Of a stretch of 46,312 bases of DNA, positions 1 to 9,847 are shown in pieces. Each line of letters begins with the position of its first letter. The stretch's first letter is position 1. The notes under the pieces are model-generated. The model was not told the DNA's origin and did no database searches. It saw only the letters and a list, made by a program, of their open reading frames with translations. The stretch lies in contig CAMVKK010000001.1 of the NCBI GenBank assembly GCA_947168075.1, positions 1 to 46,312 on the forward strand, read 5' to 3'. This DNA comes from an uncultured Alphaproteobacteria bacterium (GTDB taxonomy: Bacteria; Pseudomonadota; Alphaproteobacteria; Rs-D84). The translations under genes and the position numbers were made by a program.

Positions 1-21
1 ATCCACTGTTGCCTGTTCCAT
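1..21 (-). CDS. 5' end of an unidentified gene running out of the window (7 codons, MEQATVD)
   Basis: ATG at 21-19 on the minus strand, with AAGGAG (34-29) 7 nt upstream. Too short to identify. Confidence 0.3.
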
Positions 22-115
22 TACTTTTCTCCTTAGTCTTTATTATTTATGGTGTTCAGAATAGTAAAAAATCCCCCGGGTGTAAAGCATAAAAAGCGCC
101 ATCACATCTCTCTAT

Positions 116-1846
116 CTAAGACCGTTCAAACCACCCATCTATTTCGTTTATCGGTATAAACTTATACACCGGACGACCGTGATTACATTCGCCACCACGG
201 TTAGTATTTTCTATATCGCGCAACAATGCGTCCATTTGTGCATAATCCAGTTTTTGTCCGGCACGCACGCTGTGATGACACGCATAATTAGCTAACTTTA
301 AATGCAATTTTTCATTCAATTCCGATGAATGACCATTTGCGCGAACCTCGTCCGCTATATCGTGCAAAACGGATGCCCAATCCATATCCCAATCGGCGGG
401 CTTTTCAAAAATAGCGATTGCATCTGTACCAAATTCATCCAGTTGTAATCCAGAATCACGCAATTCATCTGCTATGGACATTATCGCCATAACATCTTCG
501 GTGCGCAAACGAACAACAATCGGTGTTAATAATGGCTGATGCTTAATCGCATGATGACGCAATCGTTCGTATGTAATTCGTTCATGTGCAGCATGTTGAT
601 CAATAATAACCAGATTTTCACCACTTTGTGCCAAAATATACTTATTACCAATTTGACCAATAACGCGCCCCAGTGGTAAATCGTTTTCGGAATCGTCTGA
701 TTTTTTCAAATCCATCTCGAACGGTTTTTCGTCCTTTGGTTGCATACGACTAAAAAAATTATCGATGTTTTTATCCGCCACATGATATGACCGAATTGGT
801 GGAATATTAAAGTGCATTGGTTCCGCGCTATGTGCATTGTTTACTGGGGTTGCGACATTTTGATTGACATTTTCGTTCATCGTTTTTGCCAACGCATCAC
901 GCAACGATTTTATAATAAATGCCCGCACATGATTTGGTTCCAAAAAGTGCACTTCTGTCTTTGCGGGTGATACATTTACATCAACCGCACTTGGTGCAAT
1001 GTCCAGATATAGTGCGCACAGCGGAAATTCGCGTGCATGCATAACATCCATATATGCCGCGCGTAACGCCCCCACTAACACCTTATCTTTGACCGGACGA
1101 CCATTAACAAATAAATATTGATCAACCGATGATGCGCGCCGTAATGTTGGCTTTGATACAAATCCGCGCAATTGCATATTTGACGAAGCCGATGATGCAT
1201 CAATCGGCAACATTTGCCCGTCAACATCATCACCCATAACGGCAATAATACGTTCCAGTGTTTCCTGATTCTTTGGAAACCGCCATTTATTATTAAGTGT
1301 GAATCCAACATCACCGCGCGCCATAGCAAGGCGTTTGACCGTTTCCAAAACAGACATCATTTCCGCCCTGTCCCCGCGCAAAAATTTTAACCGCGCGGGT
1401 GTATTTCTGAATAAATTTTGAACACGTACCCGTGTCCCCGATTGCCAATCGGACGGACGAATATCACCTGTTTCACAATTCAAACACCAACCATTGTCGT
1501 CCACCCCATTACATGTATCAATCGTCATATCAGATACAGATGCGATTGATGGTAACGCTTCGCCACGAAAACCCATATATGTAATATTCTGTAAATCATC
1601 ATCGGGTAATTTAGATGTCGCATGTCGCATTATCGCACGCGACAAATCATCGCGCGACATACCCGAACCATTATCAATTACGGAAATTAATGTGCGCCCA
1701 CCGTCCGTAACATCAATAACAATCTGGTCTGCGCCCGCATCCAGCGCATTTTCCACCAATTCTTTGACAACGGACGCTGGGCGTTCAACAACCTCGCCGG
1801 CGGCGATCTGGTTCACCAAAAAATCGGGCAACACGCGAACAGGCAT
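116..1846 (-). CDS. mutL: DNA mismatch repair protein MutL
   Basis: 576-aa ORF with the N-terminal GHKL ATPase signature LVNQIAAGEVVERPASVVKELVENALDAGA. Full length, including the C-terminal domain. Confidence 0.97.
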   Translation of the reverse strand: MPVRVLPDFLVNQIAAGEVVERPASVVKELVENALDAGADQIVIDVTDGGRTLISVIDNGSGMSRDDLSRAIMRHATSKLPDDDLQNITYMGFRGEALPSIASVSDMTIDTCNGVDDNGWCLNCETGDIRPSDWQSGTRVRVQNLFRNTPARLKFLRGDRAEMMSVLETVKRLAMARGDVGFTLNNKWRFPKNQETLERIIAVMGDDVDGQMLPIDASSASSNMQLRGFVSKPTLRRASSVDQYLFVNGRPVKDKVLVGALRAAYMDVMHAREFPLCALYLDIAPSAVDVNVSPAKTEVHFLEPNHVRAFIIKSLRDALAKTMNENVNQNVATPVNNAHSAEPMHFNIPPIRSYHVADKNIDNFFSRMQPKDEKPFEMDLKKSDDSENDLPLGRVIGQIGNKYILAQSGENLVIIDQHAAHERITYERLRHHAIKHQPLLTPIVVRLRTEDVMAIMSIADELRDSGLQLDEFGTDAIAIFEKPADWDMDWASVLHDIADEVRANGHSSELNEKLHLKLANYACHHSVRAGQKLDYAQMDALLRDIENTNRGGECNHGRPVYKFIPINEIDGWFERS

Positions 1847-1853
1847 ATTTATT

Positions 1854-2324
1854 TTAATCCTTGAATTTCACTTCCAGAATTTCAAATTCTTTTTCACCAC
1901 TGGGCAATTTAACTGTGCAAGTGTCCCCGACACACCGTCCAATCATTGCGCGTCCAACCGGCGAAGTGCATGATATAACCATTTTACCATCCGCCTCTAT
2001 ATCCGACAGAATTCGGCATTGCATTTTGTTACCGTCTTCGTCTTCGGCAACGACACGCGCACCAAACACAACACGGTTGCCAGACAAACTGTCCACATCA
2101 ACAACAGATGCATTGGCAACAATCCCCTCTAAAAACTGAATCCGCTTATCAATCTGGCGCTGTTTTTCCTTGGCTGCGCTGTAATCCGCATTTTCAGATA
2201 AATCGCCCAGGCTTCGTGCCCATTGCACTGTTTTAAGGATTTCGGGACGTTGAACCTCTTTCAAATCCTTTAATTCTTTGACCAACGCATCAAATCCAGC
2301 ACGTGATATTGGATATTTTTCCAT
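1854..2324 (-). CDS. greA: transcription elongation factor GreA
   Basis: 156 aa with the coiled-coil N-terminus motif LSENADYSAAKEKQ and a GreA/GreB-type C-terminal domain. Confidence 0.95.
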   Translation of the reverse strand: MEKYPISRAGFDALVKELKDLKEVQRPEILKTVQWARSLGDLSENADYSAAKEKQRQIDKRIQFLEGIVANASVVDVDSLSGNRVVFGARVVAEDEDGNKMQCRILSDIEADGKMVISCTSPVGRAMIGRCVGDTCTVKLPSGEKEFEILEVKFKD

Positions 2325-2372
2325 GATTCTTTCCTATTTTTTGTGCCCCAATTATAGACCAACATTTTAATT

Positions 2373-2401
2373 TTGCAATTACCAAATGAACAAGTTATAA
2401 T
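2373..2401 (+). promoter_or_regulatory. sigma70-type promoter for the LptF/G-family gene
   Basis: TTGCAA (2373-2378), 17-nt spacer, TATAAT (2396-2401), 29 nt upstream of the ATG at 2431. Confidence 0.6.
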
Positions 2402-2430
2402 CCAGTATTAATACATATATAATATAAGCG

Positions 2431-3489
2431 ATGTCCAGATACAGGATTTTGAACCGTTTTTTATTACGCCGATTTTTTTACGGCGTTGGCTTGATCATGC
2501 TTATTGTATGCGGAATTATTTTTGCAGTAACGTTTGTTGAACGTTTGCCATCAAACCCAACTGCATTTGCCGCGATAATGGATGCATGGACACGATTGAT
2601 GGAATATGTGCCGTTATTTTTACCAATGGCAATATTTATGGGAACATTGTTCGCATCGTATAATCTTACTAAATCCAGCGAGAATGTTATTATTTCCGGT
2701 GCGGGATTGTCGCCATATCAAATGGCGCGACCGTTTTTATTTGGCGCGGCATTAATTGGCATATTTGCGACCGCTGTTATTAATCCTTATTCGGTACATT
2801 TAAGTACGCGCGAAATAACTTCCGACCACCTTAAACTGGTTGATGGTGCAATATGGCTGCGCGAAAGTGGCGAAAACGGATATATTACACTGCGCGCGGA
2901 ATCAATTGGTCGTGATGGGGAAAATTTGATATTCAATAACGCAACTGTATTTGTCCAAAATCCAGAATTTAAATTAACCGAACGGGTTACGGCAAAATCC
3001 GTAACATTATCAAATGATGGTATGGATTCCGAATCGGCGCTTATATGGAACGGTGTTGGAAATGATGTTCGTAAATCGTGGCATGCCGATTCGCACCTGA
3101 CCCCGCGTACTGTTTTAGACAGATATCTGCAACCCGACCAAATTTCATTTTGGGAATTGCCGGCGTTTATTCAAAAAATGGAAAGTGTCGGTATTCCGGT
3201 TCGCGGACATTGGGTCCAGTTTTGGACGTTACTGTTTTTGCCGCTTTCTATGATTGCAATGGCAACACTGGGCATCGCGTTTTCTCAAACGCGTCAGCGC
3301 CGTAATTTCAGTTTTGGTTTTAAATTCAGTATCGGTATCGTTACATGCTTTGCATCATATTTTACGATAAATATGTTTAATGCCCTGGGGGCAACGGGCG
3401 TTTTACCACCAATATTGGCGATTATTGCACCACCGCTTATCATTATTGCTGGTGCCGGTGCATTTATCGCCAGTTTTGATACAATTTAA
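2431..3489 (+). CDS. LptF/LptG-family LPS export permease (YjgP/YjgQ)
   Basis: 352 aa. Hydrophobic TM segments at both ends flank a soluble central region of about 130 aa. The N-terminus is YjgP/YjgQ-like. No partner lptF/lptG gene is adjacent. Confidence 0.8.
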   Translation: MSRYRILNRFLLRRFFYGVGLIMLIVCGIIFAVTFVERLPSNPTAFAAIMDAWTRLMEYVPLFLPMAIFMGTLFASYNLTKSSENVIISGAGLSPYQMARPFLFGAALIGIFATAVINPYSVHLSTREITSDHLKLVDGAIWLRESGENGYITLRAESIGRDGENLIFNNATVFVQNPEFKLTERVTAKSVTLSNDGMDSESALIWNGVGNDVRKSWHADSHLTPRTVLDRYLQPDQISFWELPAFIQKMESVGIPVRGHWVQFWTLLFLPLSMIAMATLGIAFSQTRQRRNFSFGFKFSIGIVTCFASYFTINMFNALGATGVLPPILAIIAPPLIIIAGAGAFIASFDTI

Positions 3490-3504
3490 TATATGGGGGT
3501 TACC

Positions 3505-3636
3505 ATGCCGCTACGCAAAAAGAAAAGTTTTAATTTTCGTAAAATACTGATTATCACGATTATTATTGTGATATTGATATTGATGTTTATATCGTTTCCA
3601 GCCCCCGAAAATCTGACCGAGGTTGTACTGTCATAA
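3505..3636 (+). CDS. small single-pass membrane peptide (43 aa), not in the ORF track
   Basis: ATG at 3505 preceded by GGGGG (3495-3499). Sequence MPLRKKKSFNFRKILIITIIIVILILMFISFPAPENLTEVVLS, with a basic N-terminus followed by a hydrophobic helix. Its stop TAA overlaps the xerD ATG (TAATG). Confidence 0.45.
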   Translation: MPLRKKKSFNFRKILIITIIIVILILMFISFPAPENLTEVVLS

Positions 3637-4496
3637 TGAATTATATTGATATATTTTTAGAAGCCTTGGCTGCTGAAAAAGGTCGGTCAGAAAAAACACT
3701 TGTCGCATATTCGTCTGATTTGCAACATGCGGACGAAACAATTCCCGGCGGTTTAATGGGTGCCGATGAAAACGCAGTCCAAGAATACTTGGCATCTCTT
3801 CCAGACAAGGCATCGTCCATTGCACGCAAAGCCAGTGCTCTGCGCGGGTTCTATAAATTTTTAATGTTGGAAAAAATAATTACTAAAAATCCAACAGCGA
3901 ATCTGGAATTACCAAAACGCGCACGCACATTACCAAAATTTTTATCGGTTGATGAAATTGAATTATTAATATCATCGGCGGGCGACATAAAAAATGCGGT
4001 GCGGTTGCGTGCAATGCTGGAACTGGTATATGCATCTGGATTACGTGTATCTGAACTTTGCGAATTACCAATAACGGCGAACCTGGGCGACAAATTGCTT
4101 ATTCATGGCAAAGGTGCCAAAGAACGAATCGTCCCGATGCACCCGGGCGCGGTTCACGCACTGAACAAATGGTTAGATGCTCGTGGGGACAATCCGTCAA
4201 AATATGTATTTCCGTCAAGTGGGGCATCGGGTCATATTACGCGTGATGGATTTTTCAAGATTCTTAAAAAATGCGCGGTGCTATCTGGTATCGACCCGCA
4301 CAGGGTCAGCCCGCATGTTTTGCGCCATTCGTTTGCATCGCACTTACTTGCGGGGGGTGCACATCTGCGCGCGATTCAGACAATGCTGGGGCACGAAGAT
4401 ATTTCGACAACGCAAATCTATACACATGTTATGCCGGAAAAATTAATTGATACGGTTGAACAATATCATCCATTGGCAAAAAAAATCCGGGGGTAA
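3636..4496 (+). CDS. xerD: site-specific tyrosine recombinase XerD (XerC/XerD family)
   Basis: 286 aa with the C-terminal catalytic box HVLRHSFASHLLAGGAHLRAIQTMLGHEDISTTQIYTHV and LPKFLSVDEIELL in the linker. The XerD versus XerC call is less certain. Confidence 0.85.
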   Translation: MNYIDIFLEALAAEKGRSEKTLVAYSSDLQHADETIPGGLMGADENAVQEYLASLPDKASSIARKASALRGFYKFLMLEKIITKNPTANLELPKRARTLPKFLSVDEIELLISSAGDIKNAVRLRAMLELVYASGLRVSELCELPITANLGDKLLIHGKGAKERIVPMHPGAVHALNKWLDARGDNPSKYVFPSSGASGHITRDGFFKILKKCAVLSGIDPHRVSPHVLRHSFASHLLAGGAHLRAIQTMLGHEDISTTQIYTHVMPEKLIDTVEQYHPLAKKIRG

Positions 4497-4499
4497 AAA

Positions 4500-5003
4500 A
4501 TGATAAAAAAATGCGAACACGCCGGATGCACAAAGGCAGGAAGTTGCCGTTGTCCGAAAACACGCGATTTGCGTGAATATTGGTATTTTTGTCCGGAACA
4601 CGCGGCGGAATATAATAAAAATTGGAATTATTATGCGGGTATGTCGGCGGACGAAATAGAAGAAGATTGGGAACGCCAAACATTTGGTTCGCCATTAAAA
4701 GACAAAGATAAAGCCAACGCAGACGAAGCAAATTACATAAAATTCTTAAATGACTTTATAAATGGTCGCAGCGCGTTTGATAAAATACCGAAAAAGACCG
4801 CCCTGCCCGGTCCTGTGATGAGTGCATTGAAAGTATTCGATTTACCAATCTCGGCATCCTGGCGCGAAGTTGGTGTGCGCTATCGCGCGCTGGCTAAAAA
4901 GCATCACCCCGACACGGCGACAAACAAGACCGCCGCTGCAACCGAATTCGCGCGGATTTCCGCCGCATACGACACACTTAAAAAATATTTTGGAAAGAAA
5001 TAA
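4500..5003 (+). CDS. J-domain protein (C-terminal DnaJ domain, Cys-rich N-terminus)
   Basis: 167 aa with an HPD motif in ALAKKHHPD near the C-terminus and N-terminal CEHAGC..CRCP..FCPEHAAEYNKNWNYY. GGGGG Shine-Dalgarno site upstream. Confidence 0.85.
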   Translation: MIKKCEHAGCTKAGSCRCPKTRDLREYWYFCPEHAAEYNKNWNYYAGMSADEIEEDWERQTFGSPLKDKDKANADEANYIKFLNDFINGRSAFDKIPKKTALPGPVMSALKVFDLPISASWREVGVRYRALAKKHHPDTATNKTAAATEFARISAAYDTLKKYFGKK

Positions 5004-5025
5004 ACGCGCCAATGGCGCGTTTTTT
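5002..5025. terminator. bidirectional intrinsic terminator (J-domain gene / trxB)
   Basis: AAACGCGCC-aat-GGCGCGTTT hairpin flanked by an A-run and a T-run, between convergent genes. Confidence 0.7.
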
Positions 5026-5932
5026 ATTCCCGTGAATTCAGATACGCAATTGCGTCCATGGCGGCGGCGCAACCTGTGCCAACCGCGGTTGCAATTTGCA
5101 TTTTTATATTGCTGTGCACATCGCCCGCAACAAATGTTCCAGTCGGTAATTTATTTGGTATAAGCCGCCCCATTTCATCACGTGGAACCCCCTCGTCCAG
5201 ATAATCGGTATTCGCTTCGTGACCAATTGCGACAAACAATCCATCTGTTTCAATTTCTTTATCATCCAATGTTGTTACAACCAACTTTTCCGTTCCAGGC
5301 ACCGCCGCAATTTTTTTCAAATCGGTATTAAACAGACATTCGATATTCTTGCGTTCTGCGACACGATTGCGCAGAACTTCTTCGGCACGGAAAAACGAAC
5401 CCTTGCGATAAACTATCTTTACAGATTTCGCAACATCCGCCAAATACAGCGCATCATTTAACGCCGCATTTCCGCCGCCCATTACCATTACATCTTTGCC
5501 ATAATAGAAAAACCCATCACATGTGGCACAGTATGAAACACCGTGTCCCATTAATTCACGCGCACCTTCTATTTCCAGTTTGCGGGGACTTGCACCAGTT
5601 GCAAATATAACCGTTTTTCCAACATAATTTTTGCCGTCGTCGCATGCAACATTAAATCCACTTTCGGCATCACCATCAACCGATGTCGCCGATGCAAATA
5701 CTATTTTTGCGCCGAACGATTCCGCCTGGCTCTTCATAAATTCCGCCAGCGACAATCCGTCACCCGACCAGCCCGGATAATTTTCCAACTTTGCAATTGT
5801 GGACATTTGCCCGCCCAATGTCGGTCCGCCCAAGATAATTGTTTTCTTGTTTGCGCGCCCCGCGTACAGTGCTGCGGTAAGCCCAGCCGGCCCCGACCCC
5901 AAAATAATTACATCATAAATTGTGATTTCCAT
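5024..5932 (-). CDS. trxB: thioredoxin-disulfide reductase
   Basis: GSGPAG FAD motif and redox-active CATC (VSYCATCDGFFY). Start trimmed to the ATG at 5932 (MEITIYDVIILGSGPAG), which has AAAGGAA upstream. Confidence 0.95.
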   Translation of the reverse strand: MEITIYDVIILGSGPAGLTAALYAGRANKKTIILGGPTLGGQMSTIAKLENYPGWSGDGLSLAEFMKSQAESFGAKIVFASATSVDGDAESGFNVACDDGKNYVGKTVIFATGASPRKLEIEGARELMGHGVSYCATCDGFFYYGKDVMVMGGGNAALNDALYLADVAKSVKIVYRKGSFFRAEEVLRNRVAERKNIECLFNTDLKKIAAVPGTEKLVVTTLDDKEIETDGLFVAIGHEANTDYLDEGVPRDEMGRLIPNKLPTGTFVAGDVHSNIKMQIATAVGTGCAAAMDAIAYLNSRE

Positions 5933-6012
5933 TACCCTTTCCTTTGTCTTATTGCCCGCATCATAGCATATCGCGCGCACAACGCAAACCGAAAAATATA
6001 TCTATGAATATG

Positions 6013-6041
6013 TTGATTTTACCACTAAATAATCCTATAAT
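6013..6041 (+). promoter_or_regulatory. sigma70-type promoter for serS
   Basis: TTGATT (6013-6018), 17-nt spacer, TATAAT (6036-6041). Confidence 0.6.
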
Positions 6042-6076
6042 CCGCGCATATATCAATATAACCAGGGACACAACAA

Positions 6077-7354
6077 ATGATTGACATTAAATATATTCGT
6101 GAAAATCCAGAAACAGTAAAAAACGCATGTGCGGTCAAAGGGTTTGCCGACCATGTTGATGAAATTTTGGCGTTGGACAAACGCGTGCGCGAACTTAAAA
6201 CAATTACGCAAACAATGACTGCGGAAAAAAATAAAATCACGCGCGAAATTCCAACCGCCGCGGACAAAGCGCCACTGATTGCGAAATCAAAACAAATTGG
6301 TGAAGAAATTGCAGCTGATATGGCGGAATTGGCGGATAAAGAAGCGGAATTAAATGAATTACTGCACTGTGTTCCACAAATTCCAGATGCATCCGCACCG
6401 ATTGGTCGTGATGACACTGATAATGTAGAGGTTCGCCGTGTTGGTGAACCACCAAAGTTCGACTTTACCCCACGTGCTCAGTGGGATTTGCTGGATATGA
6501 ACAACTGGTGGGCACCGGAAAAGATTGGTGAAATTTGTGGCACCCGTACATATTGTTTAATGGGCGAAGCGGCTGAATTACAATTGGCAATTGAAACATA
6601 TGTTATTCAAAAATTAATCGCCAAAGGTTTCAGATATATTGAATGTCCGTCTATAACAAAGCCACAAACTATTTTCAACGCGGGACATTTTATGGGATCC
6701 GACCTGGCGGTTATGAATAACGATGTATTTATGTTAACTGATACAGACAAATGCCTGGCTGGGACGGCGGAAATTATTCTGAATTCGCTGCATGCTGACG
6801 AAGTATTAAACGAAAAAGATTTACCAATTAAATATGCGGGATTTTCACCTTGTTTCCGTAAAGAAGCGGGTGCCGCCGGTCGTGACACGCGCGGTCTGGT
6901 TCGGTTTCATCAGTTTAACAAGGTGGAACAGTATATATACTGTACCCCGGAACAATCGGACGAAATGCACGAACATATTTTGAACAACCTGTGCGAAGTA
7001 ATGGAAGATTTAGAATTGCCATATCGTGTAATTGCGAACTGCACCGGCGACATGGGATTCAACAAGGTTAAAATGAACGATGTCGAAGCGTGGTTCCCGT
7101 CTGAAAACGCATATCGTGAATTGGGGTCTTGTTCGTCTATTGGTCAGTTCCAAGCGCGCCGCACCAACACGCGTTATCGTGCATCGGACGGTTCGTTACA
7201 ATTCTGTGCGACATTGAATAATACAGGTATCGCCCTGCCGCGTGCATTGGTACCGGTTATTGAAAATCACCAAAACGCAGATGGTTCGGTCAATATTCCG
7301 AAAAAATTACAACCGTTGATGGGCGGTCGGACAAAAATTGGTGGTAAACACTAA
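6077..7354 (+). CDS. serS: serine--tRNA ligase
   Basis: 425 aa with an N-terminal coiled-coil arm (MIDIKYIRENPE...) and a class II aaRS core (FRKEAGAAGRDTRGLVRFHQF). Confidence 0.97.
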   Translation: MIDIKYIRENPETVKNACAVKGFADHVDEILALDKRVRELKTITQTMTAEKNKITREIPTAADKAPLIAKSKQIGEEIAADMAELADKEAELNELLHCVPQIPDASAPIGRDDTDNVEVRRVGEPPKFDFTPRAQWDLLDMNNWWAPEKIGEICGTRTYCLMGEAAELQLAIETYVIQKLIAKGFRYIECPSITKPQTIFNAGHFMGSDLAVMNNDVFMLTDTDKCLAGTAEIILNSLHADEVLNEKDLPIKYAGFSPCFRKEAGAAGRDTRGLVRFHQFNKVEQYIYCTPEQSDEMHEHILNNLCEVMEDLELPYRVIANCTGDMGFNKVKMNDVEAWFPSENAYRELGSCSSIGQFQARRTNTRYRASDGSLQFCATLNNTGIALPRALVPVIENHQNADGSVNIPKKLQPLMGGRTKIGGKH

Positions 7355-7357
7355 AAT

Positions 7358-7383
7358 AAAAAACCGGCAAATGCCGGTTTTTT
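7358..7383. terminator. bidirectional intrinsic terminator (serS / hypothetical gene)
   Basis: A-run, CCGGC-aaat-GCCGG, T-run. Confidence 0.75.
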
Positions 7384-7384
7384 A

Positions 7385-7828
7385 TTATCTTTGCTTTTGC
7401 GCAAAATATGTTAACGGTTGCATTTTATAAAAAGCAGATTTTATAATTTTATTACGATTTAACGCTATTTGAAATTGTTTAATATTTTTCAATAATTCCT
7501 GTTGCGCATATTGATAATCATCGGTGTAACATTGCCCGATTGCATCCAACACACGAATTACCGCCAAATACAAATCGTTGTTAATTACCAAATTACCGTT
7601 TCTGTCGATATGCCGTTCAATGAACCCGGTCAATTTATCGCAATTTACATAAACCGCATTGTTCATCGTATTTTTGCGTGGATCTTTTTGAACAACTTTC
7701 AAATAGTCGCACGCAATACCTTCGTTGTATTTACCATTACACATCCGAATCGGGCGACATTCCAGCCAAGAAATAGCATCGTCAAAAAATTTTTGTACGG
7801 TTGCATCAAAATCTATCACTTTTCTCAT
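7385..7828 (-). CDS. hypothetical protein (147 aa, Cys-containing, no family recognised)
   Basis: ATG at 7828 with AAGGA upstream. The track start at 7858 is GTG. Own terminator downstream. Wedged between serS and typA. Confidence 0.6.
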   Translation of the reverse strand: MRKVIDFDATVQKFFDDAISWLECRPIRMCNGKYNEGIACDYLKVVQKDPRKNTMNNAVYVNCDKLTGFIERHIDRNGNLVINNDLYLAVIRVLDAIGQCYTDDYQYAQQELLKNIKQFQIALNRNKIIKSAFYKMQPLTYFAQKQR

Positions 7829-7915
7829 AATGAATCCTTTTTTATTGATTACTCTCACACAAAGATAGACAAATTATACAAAATGTCAATGTTTTTTATA
7901 AAAATTGTTCTTATC

Positions 7916-7944
7916 TTGTTGAAAATTGCGAAAAATGGTATAAT
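7916..7944 (+). promoter_or_regulatory. sigma70-type promoter for typA
   Basis: TTGTTG (7916-7921), 17-nt spacer ending in TGG, TATAAT (7939-7944). Confidence 0.65.
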
Positions 7945-7980
7945 CTATGTCCGATTTATGCAAAAAATGGGGCAAAACAG

Positions 7981-9819
7981 ATGAAAATTCGCAATATTGC
8001 AATTATTGCACACGTTGACCACGGAAAAACGACACTGGTCGATAACATGTTGAAACAGGCGGGAACTTTTCGTGCCAACGAAAAGGTCGAAGACCGCGTC
8101 ATGGACAGTGGCGATATTGAACGTGAACGCGGGATTACCATTTCAGCGAAACCGACATCTATCCAGTGGGGCGAATACAAAATTAACATCGTGGACACCC
8201 CGGGACACGCGGATTTCGGGGGCGAAGTTGAACGTATTTTATCCATGGTTGACGGGGTCGTCTTGCTGGTTGATGCAGCCGAAGGTCCCCTGCCCCAGAC
8301 TAAGTTCGTGTTGGGCAAGGCATTAAAACTGGGGCTGCGTCCAATCGTTTGCATTAACAAGGTTGACCGTGCCGATGCCCGCCCAGACGAAGTTTTAACC
8401 GAAACATTTGATTTATTTGATAAATTGGGCGCAACCGATTCGCAACTGGATTTTCCGTATCTGTATTCCGTTGGTCGTGATGGTTGGGCTGTTCGTAATC
8501 TAAGCGATGAACACAAAGACCTGACCCCGCTGTTTCAATTGATTGTTGACCATGTACCGGCACCTGATTGTAATGGTTCGCGTTGCCAGATTGATGCACC
8601 GTTTTCTATGTTGGCAACCACATTGGAAGCCGACCCGTATGTTGGTCGCATTTTGACGGGCAAGGTTGAATCAGGCACCGTCCGTGTTGGTCAATCGGTC
8701 AAGGCAATTAATATGAACGGCGAATTTATAGAAAACGCCAAGATTACAAAAATCATTGAACATCGCGGCGTTGAAAAAGTTTCCCGCGACAGCGCATCCG
8801 CAGGCGACATTATCGTTGTGGCCGGGTTCAGCAAGGCAACCGTGGCGGATACACTTTGTGACCCGTCTGTGACCGAACCAATACCGGCAATGCCGATTGA
8901 TCCACCGACCCTGACCATGACATTTTTTGTTAATACATCGCCGTTGGCGGGGCGGTCAGGGAAAAAGTTAACATCGCGTATGATTGGCGAAAGACTTTTC
9001 CGCGAAGCCGAAACTAATATTGCATTAAAGGTTACACAAAGTGCAAACAACGAAAGTTTCGAAGTTTCCGGCCGTGGCGAATTACAGTTGGGCATTTTGA
9101 TTGAAACTATGCGCCGCGAAGGTTTTGAATTGTCTGTGTCGCGTCCACGCGTTGTTATGAAAACCGGCCCGAACGGCGAAAAACTGGAACCAATCGAAGA
9201 AGTCGTTATTGATGTCGATGATGAATTTTCTGGCGTTGTTATCGAAAAGATGACCAAGCGCAAAGCAACAATTACAGAAATGAAAGCATCTGGTGCGGGC
9301 AAAACGCGTATTGTATTTTCAGCCCCGTCACGCGGATTGATTGGTTATCTGTCTGAATTCCGTACCGACACGCGTGGCACAGGCATTATGAACCGCGTAT
9401 TTGATAAATACGATGAATACCGTGGTCCAATTTCACAGTATCGTCCGGGTGTGCTTGTATCTATGGAAGCCGGTTCCGTCGCGACATATGCACTGCATAA
9501 TTTGGAACCACGCGGAACACTGTTTATCGGGCCACAAACAGAAGTTTATTCTGGTATGATTATCGGTGAACATTCCAAAGAAAATGATATCGAGGTTAAT
9601 CCAGTCAAAGGTAAACAATTAACCAATGTTCGTTCGGTAACCGCCGATGAAAAATTGTTTTTGGCACCGCCGCGCAAAATGAGTCTGGAAGAAGCATTGT
9701 CGTATATCCAGGACGATGAATTGGTTGAAGTTACCCCAACAACGATTCGTCTGCGCAAAAAAGAATTGGACAGTGGCAAACGTAAAAAAGCATATCGCTT
9801 TGCCGAATCGGATGAATAA
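7981..9819 (+). CDS. typA: translational GTPase TypA/BipA
   Basis: 612 aa. G1 motif AHVDHGKTT, G3 motif DTPGHADF, and EF-G-like domain order with a TypA-specific C-terminus. Confidence 0.97.
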   Translation: MKIRNIAIIAHVDHGKTTLVDNMLKQAGTFRANEKVEDRVMDSGDIERERGITISAKPTSIQWGEYKINIVDTPGHADFGGEVERILSMVDGVVLLVDAAEGPLPQTKFVLGKALKLGLRPIVCINKVDRADARPDEVLTETFDLFDKLGATDSQLDFPYLYSVGRDGWAVRNLSDEHKDLTPLFQLIVDHVPAPDCNGSRCQIDAPFSMLATTLEADPYVGRILTGKVESGTVRVGQSVKAINMNGEFIENAKITKIIEHRGVEKVSRDSASAGDIIVVAGFSKATVADTLCDPSVTEPIPAMPIDPPTLTMTFFVNTSPLAGRSGKKLTSRMIGERLFREAETNIALKVTQSANNESFEVSGRGELQLGILIETMRREGFELSVSRPRVVMKTGPNGEKLEPIEEVVIDVDDEFSGVVIEKMTKRKATITEMKASGAGKTRIVFSAPSRGLIGYLSEFRTDTRGTGIMNRVFDKYDEYRGPISQYRPGVLVSMEAGSVATYALHNLEPRGTLFIGPQTEVYSGMIIGEHSKENDIEVNPVKGKQLTNVRSVTADEKLFLAPPRKMSLEEALSYIQDDELVEVTPTTIRLRKKELDSGKRKKAYRFAESDE

Positions 9820-9847
9820 AAACACCGCCCAAACGGGCGGTATTTTT
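9818..9847. terminator. bidirectional intrinsic terminator (typA / GT61 gene)
   Basis: ACCGCCC-aaac-GGGCGGT flanked by an A-run and a T-run. Confidence 0.75.

Noticed and set aside
1494-1973. 159-aa plus-strand ORF overlapping mutL and greA, and similar long antisense ORFs inside other genes (e.g. 6025-6417, 7956-8516, 8691-9302, 18423-18833, 21969-22310, 22866-23306, 23823-24134, 25834-26214, 27155-27532, 27888-28268).
   Set aside because: Each lies antisense to, or out of frame within, a gene whose product I can identify confidently. Their translations are low-complexity (S/P/R/I-rich) with no recognisable motifs and no Shine-Dalgarno site, so they are shadow ORFs.
3636-4496. The tyrosine recombinase as a prophage or island integrase.
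   Set aside because: Its size (286 aa) and XerC/D-type motifs fit a chromosome dimer resolvase. It sits in core context far from the phage-like cassettes, with no adjacent tRNA or att-like repeats.
7502-7984. 160-aa plus-strand ORF opposite the orphan gene 7385-7828.
   Set aside because: It would run through the typA promoter and into the typA start. It has no Shine-Dalgarno site and an I/F/N-rich translation. The minus-strand ORF has an ATG, an AAGGA Shine-Dalgarno site and a terminator, so I kept the minus-strand call, itself only at moderate confidence.
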